Source of the DNA: Myxococcales bacterium
GTDB lineage: Bacteria > Desulfobacterota > Binatia > HRBIN30
Direction: 5' to 3'
Assembly: GCA_037445065.1 (NCBI GenBank)
Contig: JBBILD010000008.1
Span: 96,001 to 160,000 of the forward strand
Length of the DNA stretch: 64,000 nt
Shown one piece after another: positions 1-10,322 of this stretch. Below the pieces are notes generated by a model, which saw only the letters and a program-made list of their open reading frames with translations, was not told the origin of the DNA and did no database searches. How positions within the stretch are numbered: the stretch's first letter is position 1; each line of letters begins with the position of its first letter. Both the position numbers and the translations under genes were made by a program.

Positions 1-14
1 CGTGGAGGGAGCCG

Positions 15-1466
15 ATGGGGAGGAACGGTTACTGGGCGTTAGGGCTGTTTGCGATTCTGGCGTCCCGAGGTGCTGCTCAGGATTTTTGCCTGCTTCTGCA
101 AGCAAAGGGCATTCTCACGAGCGAGGAAGTGACTTCGTGCCTGCAGGCGGTGCGCGGCGCCAATCCAGGAACAGGTGCGGACGATGAGCGGAGTGAAAGA
201 ACCGCTGGCGGGTCTGGGAAGAACTCGTTTCTTCCGGCGAATTACAAGGTGGGTGCCGGGTTTTTGTGGGAAAGTGCAGAGAACGACCGTGCTGGCTATG
301 GGGACTCTAGCCACAAGCCGAAGTTTTCCCTGGCAGTCGGGAACCGTTTGCAAGTGCGCTACACCTTCGCGGACCGAAACGAGCCCGGCGCTTCAGATAG
401 TTCTGCCTTTCGGGTTCGCCGCTTCAAATTCTTCCTAAACGGGAACGCCTTTTATCCTTGGCTGCGCTACAAGCTGCAAGTTGATTGGGTGGGGGACCAG
501 GAAACCGCCGGCAATCGGCCCGATTTGGACGATGCGTTGGTGGACGTGGTGTATTTCCCGTTCCTCTCAATTCAGGCTGGACAGTTCAAGGTTCCCTTCA
601 ACCGGCAGGAGCTGAACTCTTCAGGAGCGCTGCAATTCGTTGACCGTGCGATAACAAATGCACGCTTCACGCTGGGTCGAGACCAAGGAGTGATGGTGCA
701 TGGGACCCTTGGCGCACACGAGCGTCCTTGGCTGGAGTACGCCGCTGGCGTTTTTAACGGCAATGGCAAGAATCGCCTCGAAAAGGATAACGCAGACCAT
801 ATGGGTGCGGCGCGTTTGCATTGGACGCCGCTAGGCCCCATGAAGTACAGCGAGTCCGATTTAGAGGGTTCGCCTACGCCGCGGCTAGGTCTAGGGGGCG
901 CCTATGCTTTTAACGTGCTGCACGGAACCACAACTGCGCAGGCTCCCAAGACGGTACTTCTGCCTGATCCGTCAAACCCCACGCGCATGATCCCCGTTCA
1001 GGTGGGCACGGTGAGTACCGTCACGCGCCAAGATGCTGAGTACCACCGCGCAACTGCGGATGCCCACGTCCAGTGGCAGGGTGCTTCGGCTCTGGCCGAG
1101 TACTTTTTCGAGAGCCGCGACGACAAGACGCCGCAGGTGACCGAGACGGAGACGATCTTTGGCCAACTCCCGAGCACGATGACCTCGTCAGGAGCGAGAA
1201 GAGGAGTGGCCCACACCCACGGGATGAACTTCCAGGTGGGCTATTTCCTCTTGCCGCGCCGTGCGGAAGTCGCCGCGCGTTACGCTTGGGTGGATCCAGC
1301 CGGCCTGCGAAATCGTCAGGAGGAGTTGCGGGGAGCCGTCAGCTACTTTGCGCTCGGCCACGCTCTCAAGGTGCAAGCCGACGTCGGCCAAGTGGCGGTG
1401 CAACGGCCCGCGGCCGCAGATCGGCGAGACCTGGAATTCCGAACCCAGTTGCAGGTGATTTTCTGA
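15..1466 (+). CDS. Phosphate-selective porin (OprO/OprP family)
   Basis: Signal-peptide-like N-terminus, beta-strand pattern, 'FRVRRFKFFLNG', 'QAGQFKVPF', 'LQFVDRA' motifs, C-terminal Phe (RTQLQVIF); first gene of the pst operon. Confidence 0.85.
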   Translation: MGRNGYWALGLFAILASRGAAQDFCLLLQAKGILTSEEVTSCLQAVRGANPGTGADDERSERTAGGSGKNSFLPANYKVGAGFLWESAENDRAGYGDSSHKPKFSLAVGNRLQVRYTFADRNEPGASDSSAFRVRRFKFFLNGNAFYPWLRYKLQVDWVGDQETAGNRPDLDDALVDVVYFPFLSIQAGQFKVPFNRQELNSSGALQFVDRAITNARFTLGRDQGVMVHGTLGAHERPWLEYAAGVFNGNGKNRLEKDNADHMGAARLHWTPLGPMKYSESDLEGSPTPRLGLGGAYAFNVLHGTTTAQAPKTVLLPDPSNPTRMIPVQVGTVSTVTRQDAEYHRATADAHVQWQGASALAEYFFESRDDKTPQVTETETIFGQLPSTMTSSGARRGVAHTHGMNFQVGYFLLPRRAEVAARYAWVDPAGLRNRQEELRGAVSYFALGHALKVQADVGQVAVQRPAAADRRDLEFRTQLQVIF

Positions 1467-1499
1467 TCGCGCTGTAGGTTGAAGGAAAGGAGTGAGGCA

Positions 1500-2480
1500 A
1501 TGAAGAAGGAGAAGATGGTCGTTGTTGGCCTGCTGATGCAAGTTGTCCTGCTGCTCGGGAAGGGGTTCGCAGCGGAATTGGTGCAGCTCGATCCGGCACT
1601 GCCCGTGTATGAAAAAGTCGGCGGAATTTCCGGTACACTGAACAGCATCGGATCCGACACCATGAACAACCTGATGACGTTGTGGGCGGAGGGATTCAAC
1701 AAGCATTATCCCAACGTTAAAGTGCAGGTTGAAGGAAAAGGGTCCAGCACGGCACCAGCGGCGCTCATCGCACAAACGGCGCAGTTAGGGCCGATGTCTC
1801 GCCCGATGAAAGAAAGCGAAAAGGATCAGTTCGAAGCGCGTTTTGGCTACAAGCCGGCGGAAATCCGCGTCGCCATCGATGCGTTGTCTGTGTTCGTGCA
1901 TAAGGACAATCCGCTCAGCGCCCTCTCCTTGCCGCAGGTAGATGCGATTTTCTCGAAGACGCGCCGACTTGGTTATCCCAGGGACCTGCGATTTTGGGGG
2001 GACCTGGGGCTCGAGGGACCTTGGGTTAATCGCCGCATCAGTCTGTACGGGAGAAATTCCGCGTCCGGTACATACGGTTTCTTCAAGGAACACGTCCTCG
2101 GCAACGGGGACTTCAAGGACGAGGTTAAAGAGCAACCCGGTTCTGCTTCTGTGGTACAAGGGGTAAGCGCCGATCCGGCTGGAATCGGCTACAGCGGGAT
2201 TGGTTATCGTACCTCTGGTGTGAAGGCGCTGGCTCTAGCAGAACAAGAAGGCGGCAAGCCGGTAGAACCGAGTCCAGAGAACGTGTACGATGGTTCGTAC
2301 CCGTTAGCGCGCTTCCTGTTCGTGTATGTGAACAAACCGCCCACTCAGCCGCTTCCGCCACTGGTACGCGAGTTTTTGCGATTCATTCTCTCGAAGGAAG
2401 GACAAGCGATCGTAGTCAAGGACGGTTACCTCCCCTTGCCCGCGAAGGTGTTGTTGGAGGAAAGGGCCAAGCTGAATTGA
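1500..2480 (+). CDS. pstS: Phosphate ABC transporter substrate-binding protein
   Basis: 'GSDTM', 'EGKGSSTA', 'YGRNSASGTYGFF', 'YPLARFLFVY' motifs; AGGAG RBS before ATG 1500. Confidence 0.95.
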   Translation: MKKEKMVVVGLLMQVVLLLGKGFAAELVQLDPALPVYEKVGGISGTLNSIGSDTMNNLMTLWAEGFNKHYPNVKVQVEGKGSSTAPAALIAQTAQLGPMSRPMKESEKDQFEARFGYKPAEIRVAIDALSVFVHKDNPLSALSLPQVDAIFSKTRRLGYPRDLRFWGDLGLEGPWVNRRISLYGRNSASGTYGFFKEHVLGNGDFKDEVKEQPGSASVVQGVSADPAGIGYSGIGYRTSGVKALALAEQEGGKPVEPSPENVYDGSYPLARFLFVYVNKPPTQPLPPLVREFLRFILSKEGQAIVVKDGYLPLPAKVLLEERAKLN

Positions 2481-2523
2481 CTCGGCGCCAGGGCACAGGT
2501 CGGCACCACGCCGAAATTGTCGA

Positions 2524-4749
2524 ATGACTGAGTTCCGTGTTGCGATAGGCAAACGCCGCGCTTTTCGCCGACGCTTGGCTGACGCCCTTGCGCATGGGGT
2601 GGCCACAGCGGGCGGGCTCGCCACGGTGCTGGGCATCGGCACCATGCTGTTGTTTTTGACTGCAGAGGTGGCGCCTTTGTGGCAGGGTGCCCGTGTGCAG
2701 TTGGAAGGACGAGTGCCCCTGGGCGAGCAGCCGTCACTCTTGTGGGTCTCCACTGACGAATACCGCGAACTCGTTCAAGCGATTCGCGCGGATGGAAGCA
2801 TCGAGTGGAGGCGGGTGGCCGATGGTCGCGTGGTACACAACAGCCGGCTCCCCGGTACCGAGGGCTTGGGAGTGGAGGCCGTGCAAAGCCCGCGGTCCGG
2901 ACAAGTGGTGTACTGGCGTTCCGATGGTGTCCTGGTGGCCGCAAACGTCGTCACCCATACAGAATACACCGCGGCAGGACGCGCACTCAGGCCAGAGACG
3001 GCCGAACTCGGCCGCTGGAATCTACTGCCCCCTGGCCAGACTCCCCGTCTCTTTTCCACCGGCGCGTACACGGACAAGGGGATATCGGCTGCTTGGCTTC
3101 GTGCCGATGGTGCGGTCGAGTGGTGGAGTGTGCGCGAACAGCGCTCCCTGCTGGGCGGTGGGCGCCAAGTAGAAATGCGCGAAGTCATCCGAACTGCTGA
3201 TGGTGCCCGAGTGCAGTCGATGGTGCTCAACCATGCCGGCAACCAGTTGCTCATGGGCACCGATGAGGGAACTCTCGAAGTTTGGCAGAGAGGTCCATCC
3301 GCGAGCCAACTGATAGACCGGCGTAGGGCGGCGGATCGAGCGAGTATCTCCGTGTTGGCCTTTCTGCTGGGCGAGCGTGCAGTTGCGGTAGGCGACTCGG
3401 CCGGAGGCGTTTCGGTGTGGCAGTTGATCAGAGATCCGCAAACGACCACCGGTCATCGCCTGGTACGCATTCATTCCTTTCGTCCTCATCAGGCCCCGGT
3501 GGTGCAAATCGCTCGCTCGGAGCGAGACCGATCCTTTGTTTCCGCGGACAGCACCGGAACACTGCTTTTACGCCACTCCACTTCCGAGCAAACGCTGGCA
3601 GAAATTCCCGCCGGCTCGGTTCGATTTCTCGTTTTTGCTCCGAAGGGAGACGGGTTGTTGCAAATCACCTTGGGAAGCGAAGCGCGAGCGTGGCGCCTGG
3701 AGAACCCGCATCCCGAAGTTACGCTGAAAACCTTGTTCGGTAAGGTTTGGTACGAAGGTTACGATGAACCAGCGTACGTTTGGCAGTCGACTGGCGGAAC
3801 AGACGACTTTGAGCCCAAGCTCAGTCTCGTCCCGCTCGTATTTGGTACCGTCAAAGGAACGCTGTACGCGCTGCTCTTTTCGGTTCCCATCTCGTTGTTA
3901 GCGGCGCTTTACGTCTCGCAGTTCAGTCCGCCTCGGTTGCGCTCTGCGATCAAGCCGGTGGTGGAAATCATGGCGGCTTTGCCGAGCGTGGTGTTGGGCT
4001 TTGTCGCGGGGCTTGTGTTGGCCCCGGCAGTCGAGAAGCACATCGTTGGAGTACTGATGGCGTTGCCGCTGGCTCCCTTGAGCGTATTCTTGGCAGGGCT
4101 CCTTTGGCACGCTTGTCCTGCGGTCGTGCGGGCGAGAATGCCGCACGGGGGAGAGGTAGTTGTCGCCAGCGTGTTCTTAGCCATCACCGGGTACTTTTTC
4201 TGGGTGACGAGCGCCTACTGGGAGCAGCTCCTGTTTGCAGGCGATTTCCGCCACTGGATCTCAGAGGTCGGATTGGGGCGGTTCGATCAGCGCAATTGCT
4301 TGGTGGTAGGGTTGGCCATGGGGTTTGCGGTCATCCCCATCATTTTCACGATTGCTGAGGATGCACTGGCCAACGTTCCTCAGCGACTCGTGTCCGCATC
4401 TTTGGCCCTGGGTGCTACTCGCTGGCAGACGGCGGTACGTGTGGTGCTGCCTGCGGCGAGCCCGGGTATTTTCTCCGCAATCATGATCGGCTTTGGGCGC
4501 GCTGTGGGCGAGACCATGATCGTGCTCATGGCAACGGGCAACACCCCGGTTCTGGACTGGAGCGTGTTCACTGGCATGCGTACGCTTTCGGCAAATGTTG
4601 CGGTGGAGATTCCCGAAGCACCATTCGGTGGGACGCTCTATCGCGTGCTGTTTTTGGCCGCGCTCATGCTGTTCGTAATCACGTTTATCGCCAATACGCT
4701 CGCCGAGGTCGTGCGCCAGCGGCTGCGCGAGCGATACCAGCGACTCTGA
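2524..4749 (+). CDS. pstC: Phosphate ABC transporter permease PstC, long form with WD40/beta-propeller-like periplasmic domain
   Basis: C-terminal permease with 'ASLALGATRWQT' loop and 'GRAVGETMIVLMATGN'; WD-like repeats in the N-terminal half. Confidence 0.93.
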   Translation: MTEFRVAIGKRRAFRRRLADALAHGVATAGGLATVLGIGTMLLFLTAEVAPLWQGARVQLEGRVPLGEQPSLLWVSTDEYRELVQAIRADGSIEWRRVADGRVVHNSRLPGTEGLGVEAVQSPRSGQVVYWRSDGVLVAANVVTHTEYTAAGRALRPETAELGRWNLLPPGQTPRLFSTGAYTDKGISAAWLRADGAVEWWSVREQRSLLGGGRQVEMREVIRTADGARVQSMVLNHAGNQLLMGTDEGTLEVWQRGPSASQLIDRRRAADRASISVLAFLLGERAVAVGDSAGGVSVWQLIRDPQTTTGHRLVRIHSFRPHQAPVVQIARSERDRSFVSADSTGTLLLRHSTSEQTLAEIPAGSVRFLVFAPKGDGLLQITLGSEARAWRLENPHPEVTLKTLFGKVWYEGYDEPAYVWQSTGGTDDFEPKLSLVPLVFGTVKGTLYALLFSVPISLLAALYVSQFSPPRLRSAIKPVVEIMAALPSVVLGFVAGLVLAPAVEKHIVGVLMALPLAPLSVFLAGLLWHACPAVVRARMPHGGEVVVASVFLAITGYFFWVTSAYWEQLLFAGDFRHWISEVGLGRFDQRNCLVVGLAMGFAVIPIIFTIAEDALANVPQRLVSASLALGATRWQTAVRVVLPAASPGIFSAIMIGFGRAVGETMIVLMATGNTPVLDWSVFTGMRTLSANVAVEIPEAPFGGTLYRVLFLAALMLFVITFIANTLAEVVRQRLRERYQRL

Positions 4750-4767
4750 AGTGAGGCCAGAGCCACA

Positions 4768-6384
4768 ATGCAGAGTAGGGTGTGGAAGTCAGGCGACCCT
4801 TTCATTTGGCTTGCCGCAGGAGCGCTGGGGACCGCCCTGTTGATGATCGGCGGGCTGTTCTGGCTCATCATTACCCGAGCCCTAGGTGTCTTCTGGCCGG
4901 CGGAACTCGTACTGCTCGAGCTTCGCACGGGAGAGCGATTCCTCGGCCACATTGGCGCCGTCGAGGCGAGTCCGGATCCGGAAAACAGCAAGACTCTGGT
5001 CAGGAGAATCCAGGTGCAAGTGGCCAACCGGGATCTGTCTTCCGCAGACTTTGTGTGGATCGATGAGGACCAGATTGCGAGCCGCACCCGGCCCACCGAT
5101 GCCATCGTCGTGGAACGCCAGGAATGGGGCAACCTTTTCGGGTGGTTGGTGGCTGTGACCGAGGATGGCGAGCCCATCGCCCAGGGAAGCGAACAGAGTT
5201 GGCAAGTCTTACAACAAATGCTTCCGCAGGTGGCAGCACAGAGAGGCAGAATTCGCCGGCTCGAGCAGCGGCAGCTTGGGGATATCAACTACCGAATGGA
5301 ACAGACTCGCCTCGAGATGAAGCGTTACGAACTGCGCGGGGACGACGCTGGCGCGCTCCAGGGTGTTCGCGAGCGGCTGACCCGGCTGCAAGCAGAGTAC
5401 GAGCAAGTGTATGCCCGACTCGAAGCCATGAAGCGGGAGGCGCAGCGCACGGTGGCGGTGTTTCAAACGGCCAGTGGGCAGGAAAAAAGCGTCCCTCTGG
5501 TACAAGTCGTTCGCGCATACTGGCCCAACCAAATGTCTACCTGGCAGAAGGTGCGTTTGTATTGCGCCAAGTTTTGGGAGTTTGTGAGCGGCGAGCCGCG
5601 CGAATCGAATACCGAGGGCGGAGTGTTCCCGGCGATTTTTGGAACCGTGCTCATGGTGCTGATCATGAGCTGCGCGGTCGTTCCCTTTGGAGTGCTTGCT
5701 GCGCTGTATCTGCGTGAGTATGCGCGCCAGGGGCCGGCGGTGCGCCTCGTCCGGATCGCCGTGAACAACCTGGCAGGCGTGCCCTCGATCGTGTTCGGCG
5801 TGTTCGGCTTGGGTTTTTTCATTTACTCGGTGGGCGGCAGCATAGACAGTTGGCTTTTCGCGGAGCGGCTGCCAACCCCGACCTTTGGGACAGGTGGAAT
5901 CCTGTGGGCGTCCCTCACGCTTGCGCTGCTCACGGTTCCGGTCGTAATCGTTGCTACCGAAGAGGCGCTTGCGGCTGTGCCCCGTGAACATCGCGAGGGC
6001 TCGCTTGCGCTCGGGGCCACGAAGTATGAGACGATCCGCAACGTCGTCTTGCCGAGTGCGCTGCCTGGAGTGTTTACTGGGTTGATCTTGGCCATGGCTC
6101 GTGGTGCCGGTGAAGTGGCTCCCCTCATGATCACCGGTGTTGTCAAGCTCGCCCCGAGCCTGCCGCTCGATCATCATTGGCCGTATTTGCACCTGGATCG
6201 GAAGTTCATGCACCTCGGTTTCCACATCTACGATGTCGGGTTTCAATCGCCGAACGTTGAAGCCGCTAAACCGATGGTGTACGCAACCACACTGTTATTG
6301 GTGAGTATTGTGGTATTCTTGAATCTTACAGCGATCTTTCTGCGCGCGCGGATTCGTAAACGCTTGCACGCCGGCGCTTTCTGA
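4768..6384 (+). CDS. pstA: Phosphate ABC transporter permease PstA, long form
   Basis: '[15 protein letters not shown]', '[11 protein letters not shown]', '[10 protein letters not shown]'; coiled-coil periplasmic insert. Confidence 0.93.
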   Translation: MQSRVWKSGDPFIWLAAGALGTALLMIGGLFWLIITRALGVFWPAELVLLELRTGERFLGHIGAVEASPDPENSKTLVRRIQVQVANRDLSSADFVWIDEDQIASRTRPTDAIVVERQEWGNLFGWLVAVTEDGEPIAQGSEQSWQVLQQMLPQVAAQRGRIRRLEQRQLGDINYRMEQTRLEMKRYELRGDDAGALQGVRERLTRLQAEYEQVYARLEAMKREAQRTVAVFQTASGQEKSVPLVQVVRAYWPNQMSTWQKVRLYCAKFWEFVSGEPRESNTEGGVFPAIFGTVLMVLIMSCAVVPFGVLAALYLREYARQGPAVRLVRIAVNNLAGVPSIVFGVFGLGFFIYSVGGSIDSWLFAERLPTPTFGTGGILWASLTLALLTVPVVIVATEEALAAVPREHREGSLALGATKYETIRNVVLPSALPGVFTGLILAMARGAGEVAPLMITGVVKLAPSLPLDHHWPYLHLDRKFMHLGFHIYDVGFQSPNVEAAKPMVYATTLLLVSIVVFLNLTAIFLRARIRKRLHAGAF

Positions 6385-6395
6385 GCGGGCCATTC

Positions 6396-7268
6396 ATGAA
6401 AGTGGGAAACCCAGGGGCCACGTTAAGCTTTCCTGTTTCCGACCGGGTTGTGCGCGAGCGCGTCTCGGAAGAAGGGCTAACGCAGGCGTTGGCGTCGAGG
6501 GGCGAACTCCCCGACGCGATTTTAAGCGTGCGGAACCTTTCATTGAGTTACGACGGACAGCATTGGGCGTTGCAAGACATTTCCCTGGATATCCCGCGCC
6601 ACCGTGTCACCGCGTTTATTGGCCCCTCCGGATGTGGCAAATCCACCCTTCTCCGCTGCTTTAACCGTTTGAACGACTTGATCGACGGAGTGCAGATTCG
6701 GGGTATGATCAACCTGGATGGGATGAACATTTACGATCCCAGGTTGGCCGTTACTTCGTTGCGCAAGCGCGTGGGCATGGTTTTCCAAAGGTCCAATCCA
6801 TTTCCGAAATCCATCTACGACAACGTGGCATACGGGCCGCGTCTGAGCGGCAGCCGCAATCGCCGCGAGCTGGATGAGATCGTAGAGCGAGGCCTGCGAG
6901 CGGCGGCTTTGTGGGACGAGGTCAAAGATCGGCTCGACGATAATGCCTTGAGCTTGTCTGGAGGCCAACAGCAGCGATTGTGCATCGCTCGCGCGCTTGC
7001 CGTGGAACCCGAAGTCCTCTTGATGGACGAGCCTTGCTCCGCGCTGGATCCGATTGCGACCGCAAAAATCGAGGCCCTCATTCACGAACTCAAGGGGCGG
7101 TATACGATCGTTGTGGTCACGCACAATATGCAGCAGGCTGCGCGCGTCTCCGATTACACTGCGTTTTTGTACCTCGGGCGCTTGGTGGAGTACGGTGCCA
7201 CGGATAAAATCTTCACGAATCCAGATCAAAAGGAAACGGAAGATTACATTACTGGCCGCTTTGGCTGA
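6396..7268 (+). CDS. pstB: Phosphate ABC transporter ATPase
   Basis: Walker [17 protein letters not shown] signature, '[11 protein letters not shown]', C-terminal '[10 protein letters not shown]'. Confidence 0.97.
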   Translation: MKVGNPGATLSFPVSDRVVRERVSEEGLTQALASRGELPDAILSVRNLSLSYDGQHWALQDISLDIPRHRVTAFIGPSGCGKSTLLRCFNRLNDLIDGVQIRGMINLDGMNIYDPRLAVTSLRKRVGMVFQRSNPFPKSIYDNVAYGPRLSGSRNRRELDEIVERGLRAAALWDEVKDRLDDNALSLSGGQQQRLCIARALAVEPEVLLMDEPCSALDPIATAKIEALIHELKGRYTIVVVTHNMQQAARVSDYTAFLYLGRLVEYGATDKIFTNPDQKETEDYITGRFG

Positions 7269-7288
7269 GTAGGGACGAGGAGAACGGC

Positions 7289-7978
7289 TTGCCGCAGCGC
7301 GCGCACACCGACCCGCACTTCGACGAAGAGCTGAGAAAGTTGCACGAGAAGCTTCTCGAGATGGGGGGCTTAATCGAAAACCAGATCGCCACAGCATTGG
7401 ACGCACTCGTGCAGCGAGACGATAGCCTTGCGCGGCTGACCATCGAGCAAGACCATGCTGTCAATCGGCTCGATGTAGAGATTGATGATATGTGCTTGCG
7501 TTTGCTCGCGCGTTACCAGCCGGCTGCCCGCGATCTTCGCTTGATTACGACTGCGCTGAAAATCACCACGGATATGGAACGCATTGGCGACATGGCAGTG
7601 AACATGTGCGAGCGGGCGTTGGAACTCAATCAGGAGCCCCCGCTGAAACCGTTCATTGACATCCCTCGCATGGTGGACATCGCGTTGGGAATGTTGCGGG
7701 AGAGCTTGAACGCCTTTGTCAGGGAGGACGTGGAACTGGCGCTCAAGGTGTGCCGCGATGACGATCAAATCGATGCCCTGACTCATCAGGTCTTTCGCGA
7801 ACTGCTCTCCTACATGATGGAAGACCCGCACTCGATCACTCGAGGGATTCGCTTGATGTTCGTGGCGAAGTATATCGAGCGGATCGCGGATCACGCGACC
7901 AATATCGGTGAGATGGTTGTGTTCATGGTGAAGGGAAAAAGCATCCGCCACTTGGATCGGATTCCCCCCTCGGTTTGA
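7289..7978 (+). CDS. phoU: Phosphate signalling protein PhoU
   Basis: 'QPAARDLR', 'DMERIGD', 'IERIADHATNI' duplicated PhoU motifs; TTG start after GAGGAG. Confidence 0.95.
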   Translation: MPQRAHTDPHFDEELRKLHEKLLEMGGLIENQIATALDALVQRDDSLARLTIEQDHAVNRLDVEIDDMCLRLLARYQPAARDLRLITTALKITTDMERIGDMAVNMCERALELNQEPPLKPFIDIPRMVDIALGMLRESLNAFVREDVELALKVCRDDDQIDALTHQVFRELLSYMMEDPHSITRGIRLMFVAKYIERIADHATNIGEMVVFMVKGKSIRHLDRIPPSV

Positions 7979-7984
7979 GTTGTC

Positions 7985-8752
7985 ATGGGTGCGAGTGCGT
8001 CGAGTCGTAACTCAGTTGGCCCGGTCGCAAGACCCCGACCCCATATTTTAGTGGTCGAGGACGAACCGGACCTGGCGGAGTTGATTCGCTTCCATCTCGA
8101 GCAAGAAGGCTTCGCTGTCCGGGTTTGCGGAGCGGGAGACGTCGCCTTGGAAGAAGCGCGCCGCAGCCGCCCCGATGCCGTTTTGCTGGATTTGCTGTTG
8201 CCGGGAATCTCCGGCCTGGAGGTTTGCCGACGGATTCGAACCGACGCGCGGTTGGCAACGGTACCCGTGATCATGGTGACGGCGAAGGCGGACGAAGCGG
8301 ATCGGGTTATCGGCCTCGAGCTCGGTGCGGATGATTACATCACCAAACCGTTTAGCCCACGCGAACTTGTGGCTCGGGTACGCGCGGTTCTGCGGCGCGC
8401 ATACGCCGAGCAGCCAGCGCGCGCTCCTGACGTTTACGAGCGGGGTTGGTTGCGAGTGGACTTCGACCAGTACGAGGTCCAAGTTGCCGGGAAACCCGTA
8501 GAACTCTCGCGCAAGGAGTTCGAACTGCTCCGGTTTTTCCTTCGCCACCCGAATCGCGTGTTCGATCGCTTGCAGATCCTCGACTCCGTTTGGGGAGAGG
8601 ACACCCATGTCGAGGTGCGGACCGTGGACGTGCATATTCGCCGCCTGCGTCTACTGTTGGAAGAGGAACCGACCCCTCGCTTACTCGTGACTGTACGTGG
8701 TGTCGGTTATAAGCTCGATGAACGAGCTCTAGACCGGCCGCGGAATTCTTAA
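7985..8752 (+). CDS. phoB: OmpR-family response regulator PhoB
   Basis: Receiver domain (VVEDE, LLDLLLP, GADDYITKPF) plus winged HTH (RTVDVHIRRLR, TVRGVGY); operon context. Confidence 0.9.
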   Translation: MGASASSRNSVGPVARPRPHILVVEDEPDLAELIRFHLEQEGFAVRVCGAGDVALEEARRSRPDAVLLDLLLPGISGLEVCRRIRTDARLATVPVIMVTAKADEADRVIGLELGADDYITKPFSPRELVARVRAVLRRAYAEQPARAPDVYERGWLRVDFDQYEVQVAGKPVELSRKEFELLRFFLRHPNRVFDRLQILDSVWGEDTHVEVRTVDVHIRRLRLLLEEEPTPRLLVTVRGVGYKLDERALDRPRNS

Positions 8753-8798
8753 ATCGGTATTGCCTGCACTGGCTGCGAGGCAAAGCGGCGGACAAGAA

Positions 8799-10094
8799 GT
8801 GACTCCTCTCGAAATTGCATTGAGCGTACTTTGCGCGGGTTTGGTTGTGCTCGGATGGCGGACGTATCGTTTGGTTCGCTCGCTCGACCAAGGCCTCGCC
8901 AGTGTGCTCGACCGAGGCAGTCGCTTCGCAGTCTTGCCGCGGCGGCACTTGGTGCTGTCGCCGCTCGAGAGGAAGATACAGCTCGTCTTAGAGTCTTTTG
9001 AGCAACGCCTCGCCGAGGCGCAAAGGGAGCAAACCTGGTTTCGCGCAACTGTGCAGGCGATGCAGGAAGGGGTCCTGGTCCTCGACGAGCAAGGCGAGGT
9101 CCTCATGATGAACCCTGCCGCAGGCCGCTTGTTGCAAGTCGAGCAGGCGATCGAGGGGAAGACCTTGATCGAGGTGTGGCGAGAGCCTGCGGTGTGGGAG
9201 ATGGTCAAAGAATCGCTTCAGGCCGATCGCCGAAGCGAGGTTGAGATCGAAGCTGCGCCTGGTAGGCGGTACGTGCGAGTCAGCGCCAACTCGGTTCCTA
9301 CCGGTGAGCAAAGGCTCGTCTTATTGGTGTTGCGCGATGTGACCGCTGAGCGCCGTCTGGAGCAGATGCGGCGGGATTTTGTAGCCAATGTGTCCCATGA
9401 ACTCCGGACACCCTTGGCGGCGATTCAAGGATATGCCGAAACCTTATTGGAAGGTGCATTAGAGCGGCCGGATTCAGCGCGCCGATTCGTCGAGGTGATT
9501 GCTCGGCATGCCCGTCAACTGGCCCGCTTGGCTGAAGATCTGCTGACGTTATCGAACCTTGAGCTTGGGCGTACCCGGCTCGAGATCGGGCCGTGTGAAA
9601 GCGGAGCCGCGGTGGCAGACGCAGTGGAGGCTGTGAGCGCTTTGGCTCGCTCGCGAGAAGTGCACGTGGTGGTTGACTGCCCTTCGCCCTCTCCCACGAT
9701 GCTCGCAGACCCGGATCGGGTTCAGCAAATCTTGGTCAATCTGCTGGATAACGCCATTAAATATTCCCCGCAGGGGGCGACTGTCACCGTTCGAATCCGG
9801 GAGGTCAGCGAGGCTGCTGGTACTCATTTACTTGCCACAACCCCGGTTGGCCGCTGGGTGGAGATCCTGGTCGAAGATCGTGGGGAAGGAATTCCGAGCC
9901 GCGACTTGCCGAGAATCACCGAGCGCTTTTACCGAGTGGATCGAGCCCGCTCCCGCGCCAGCGGCGGGACCGGACTTGGCCTCGCCATTGTCAAGCACTT
10001 GCTACAGCTTCACGGGGGTGCCCTGCGCATCGAGAGCGAACTGGGCCACGGTACGCGCGTGAGCGCGTACCTGCCCGCAACTTTGGGGAATTGA
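8799..10094 (+). CDS. phoR: Sensor histidine kinase PhoR (TM-PAS-HisKA-HATPase)
   Basis: 'DFVANVSHELRTPL', 'NLLDNAIKY', 'ERFYRVDRARSR', 'GGTGLGLAIVKH'; start uncertain (GTG 8799 or TTG 8760). Confidence 0.92.
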   Translation: MTPLEIALSVLCAGLVVLGWRTYRLVRSLDQGLASVLDRGSRFAVLPRRHLVLSPLERKIQLVLESFEQRLAEAQREQTWFRATVQAMQEGVLVLDEQGEVLMMNPAAGRLLQVEQAIEGKTLIEVWREPAVWEMVKESLQADRRSEVEIEAAPGRRYVRVSANSVPTGEQRLVLLVLRDVTAERRLEQMRRDFVANVSHELRTPLAAIQGYAETLLEGALERPDSARRFVEVIARHARQLARLAEDLLTLSNLELGRTRLEIGPCESGAAVADAVEAVSALARSREVHVVVDCPSPSPTMLADPDRVQQILVNLLDNAIKYSPQGATVTVRIREVSEAAGTHLLATTPVGRWVEILVEDRGEGIPSRDLPRITERFYRVDRARSRASGGTGLGLAIVKHLLQLHGGALRIESELGHGTRVSAYLPATLGN

Positions 10095-10235
10095 CACGAG
10101 AACATCCCCTGCCCAGCAAAGACGGAGGCGGGGTTGCAGCCTAGCTTTTTGGAGCTGCACCGCGCAGACCGGGCCAAACCCCGATTCGTGCAGGTTGGAA
10201 CAGTCGCTCGGTGTAGTGCCGGTGCGACGGAGCGC

Positions 10236-10263
10236 TTGACGTGGAACGGAAGGTGCTTACTTC
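10236..10263 (+). promoter_or_regulatory. Possible sigma70-type promoter for the hsp20 genes
   Basis: TTGACG (10236-10241), 16 nt, TACTTC; the -10 match is weak. Confidence 0.3.
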
Positions 10264-10322
10264 CCTTGCGTCGTCGCGCCAAGAAACGCGAGGCAAAAAC
10301 GATGAGCAAAGGAGGGATTGAT

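Noticed and set aside
5209..6246. 345-aa minus-strand ORF opposite pstA, and similar long antisense ORFs (19318-20472, 38383-39459, 57692-59086)
   Set aside because: Shadows of well-supported genes in GC-rich DNA; no recognisable motifs
10095..10322. CIRCE or HAIR heat-shock operator upstream of the hsp20 genes
   Set aside because: No TTAGCACTC-N9-GAGTGCTAA or CTTGAGT-N7-ACTCAAG match seen
10134..10322. N-terminal extension of the first Hsp20 in the ORF track
   Set aside because: A strong GGAGG before ATG 10323 and normal Hsp20 length favour the later start
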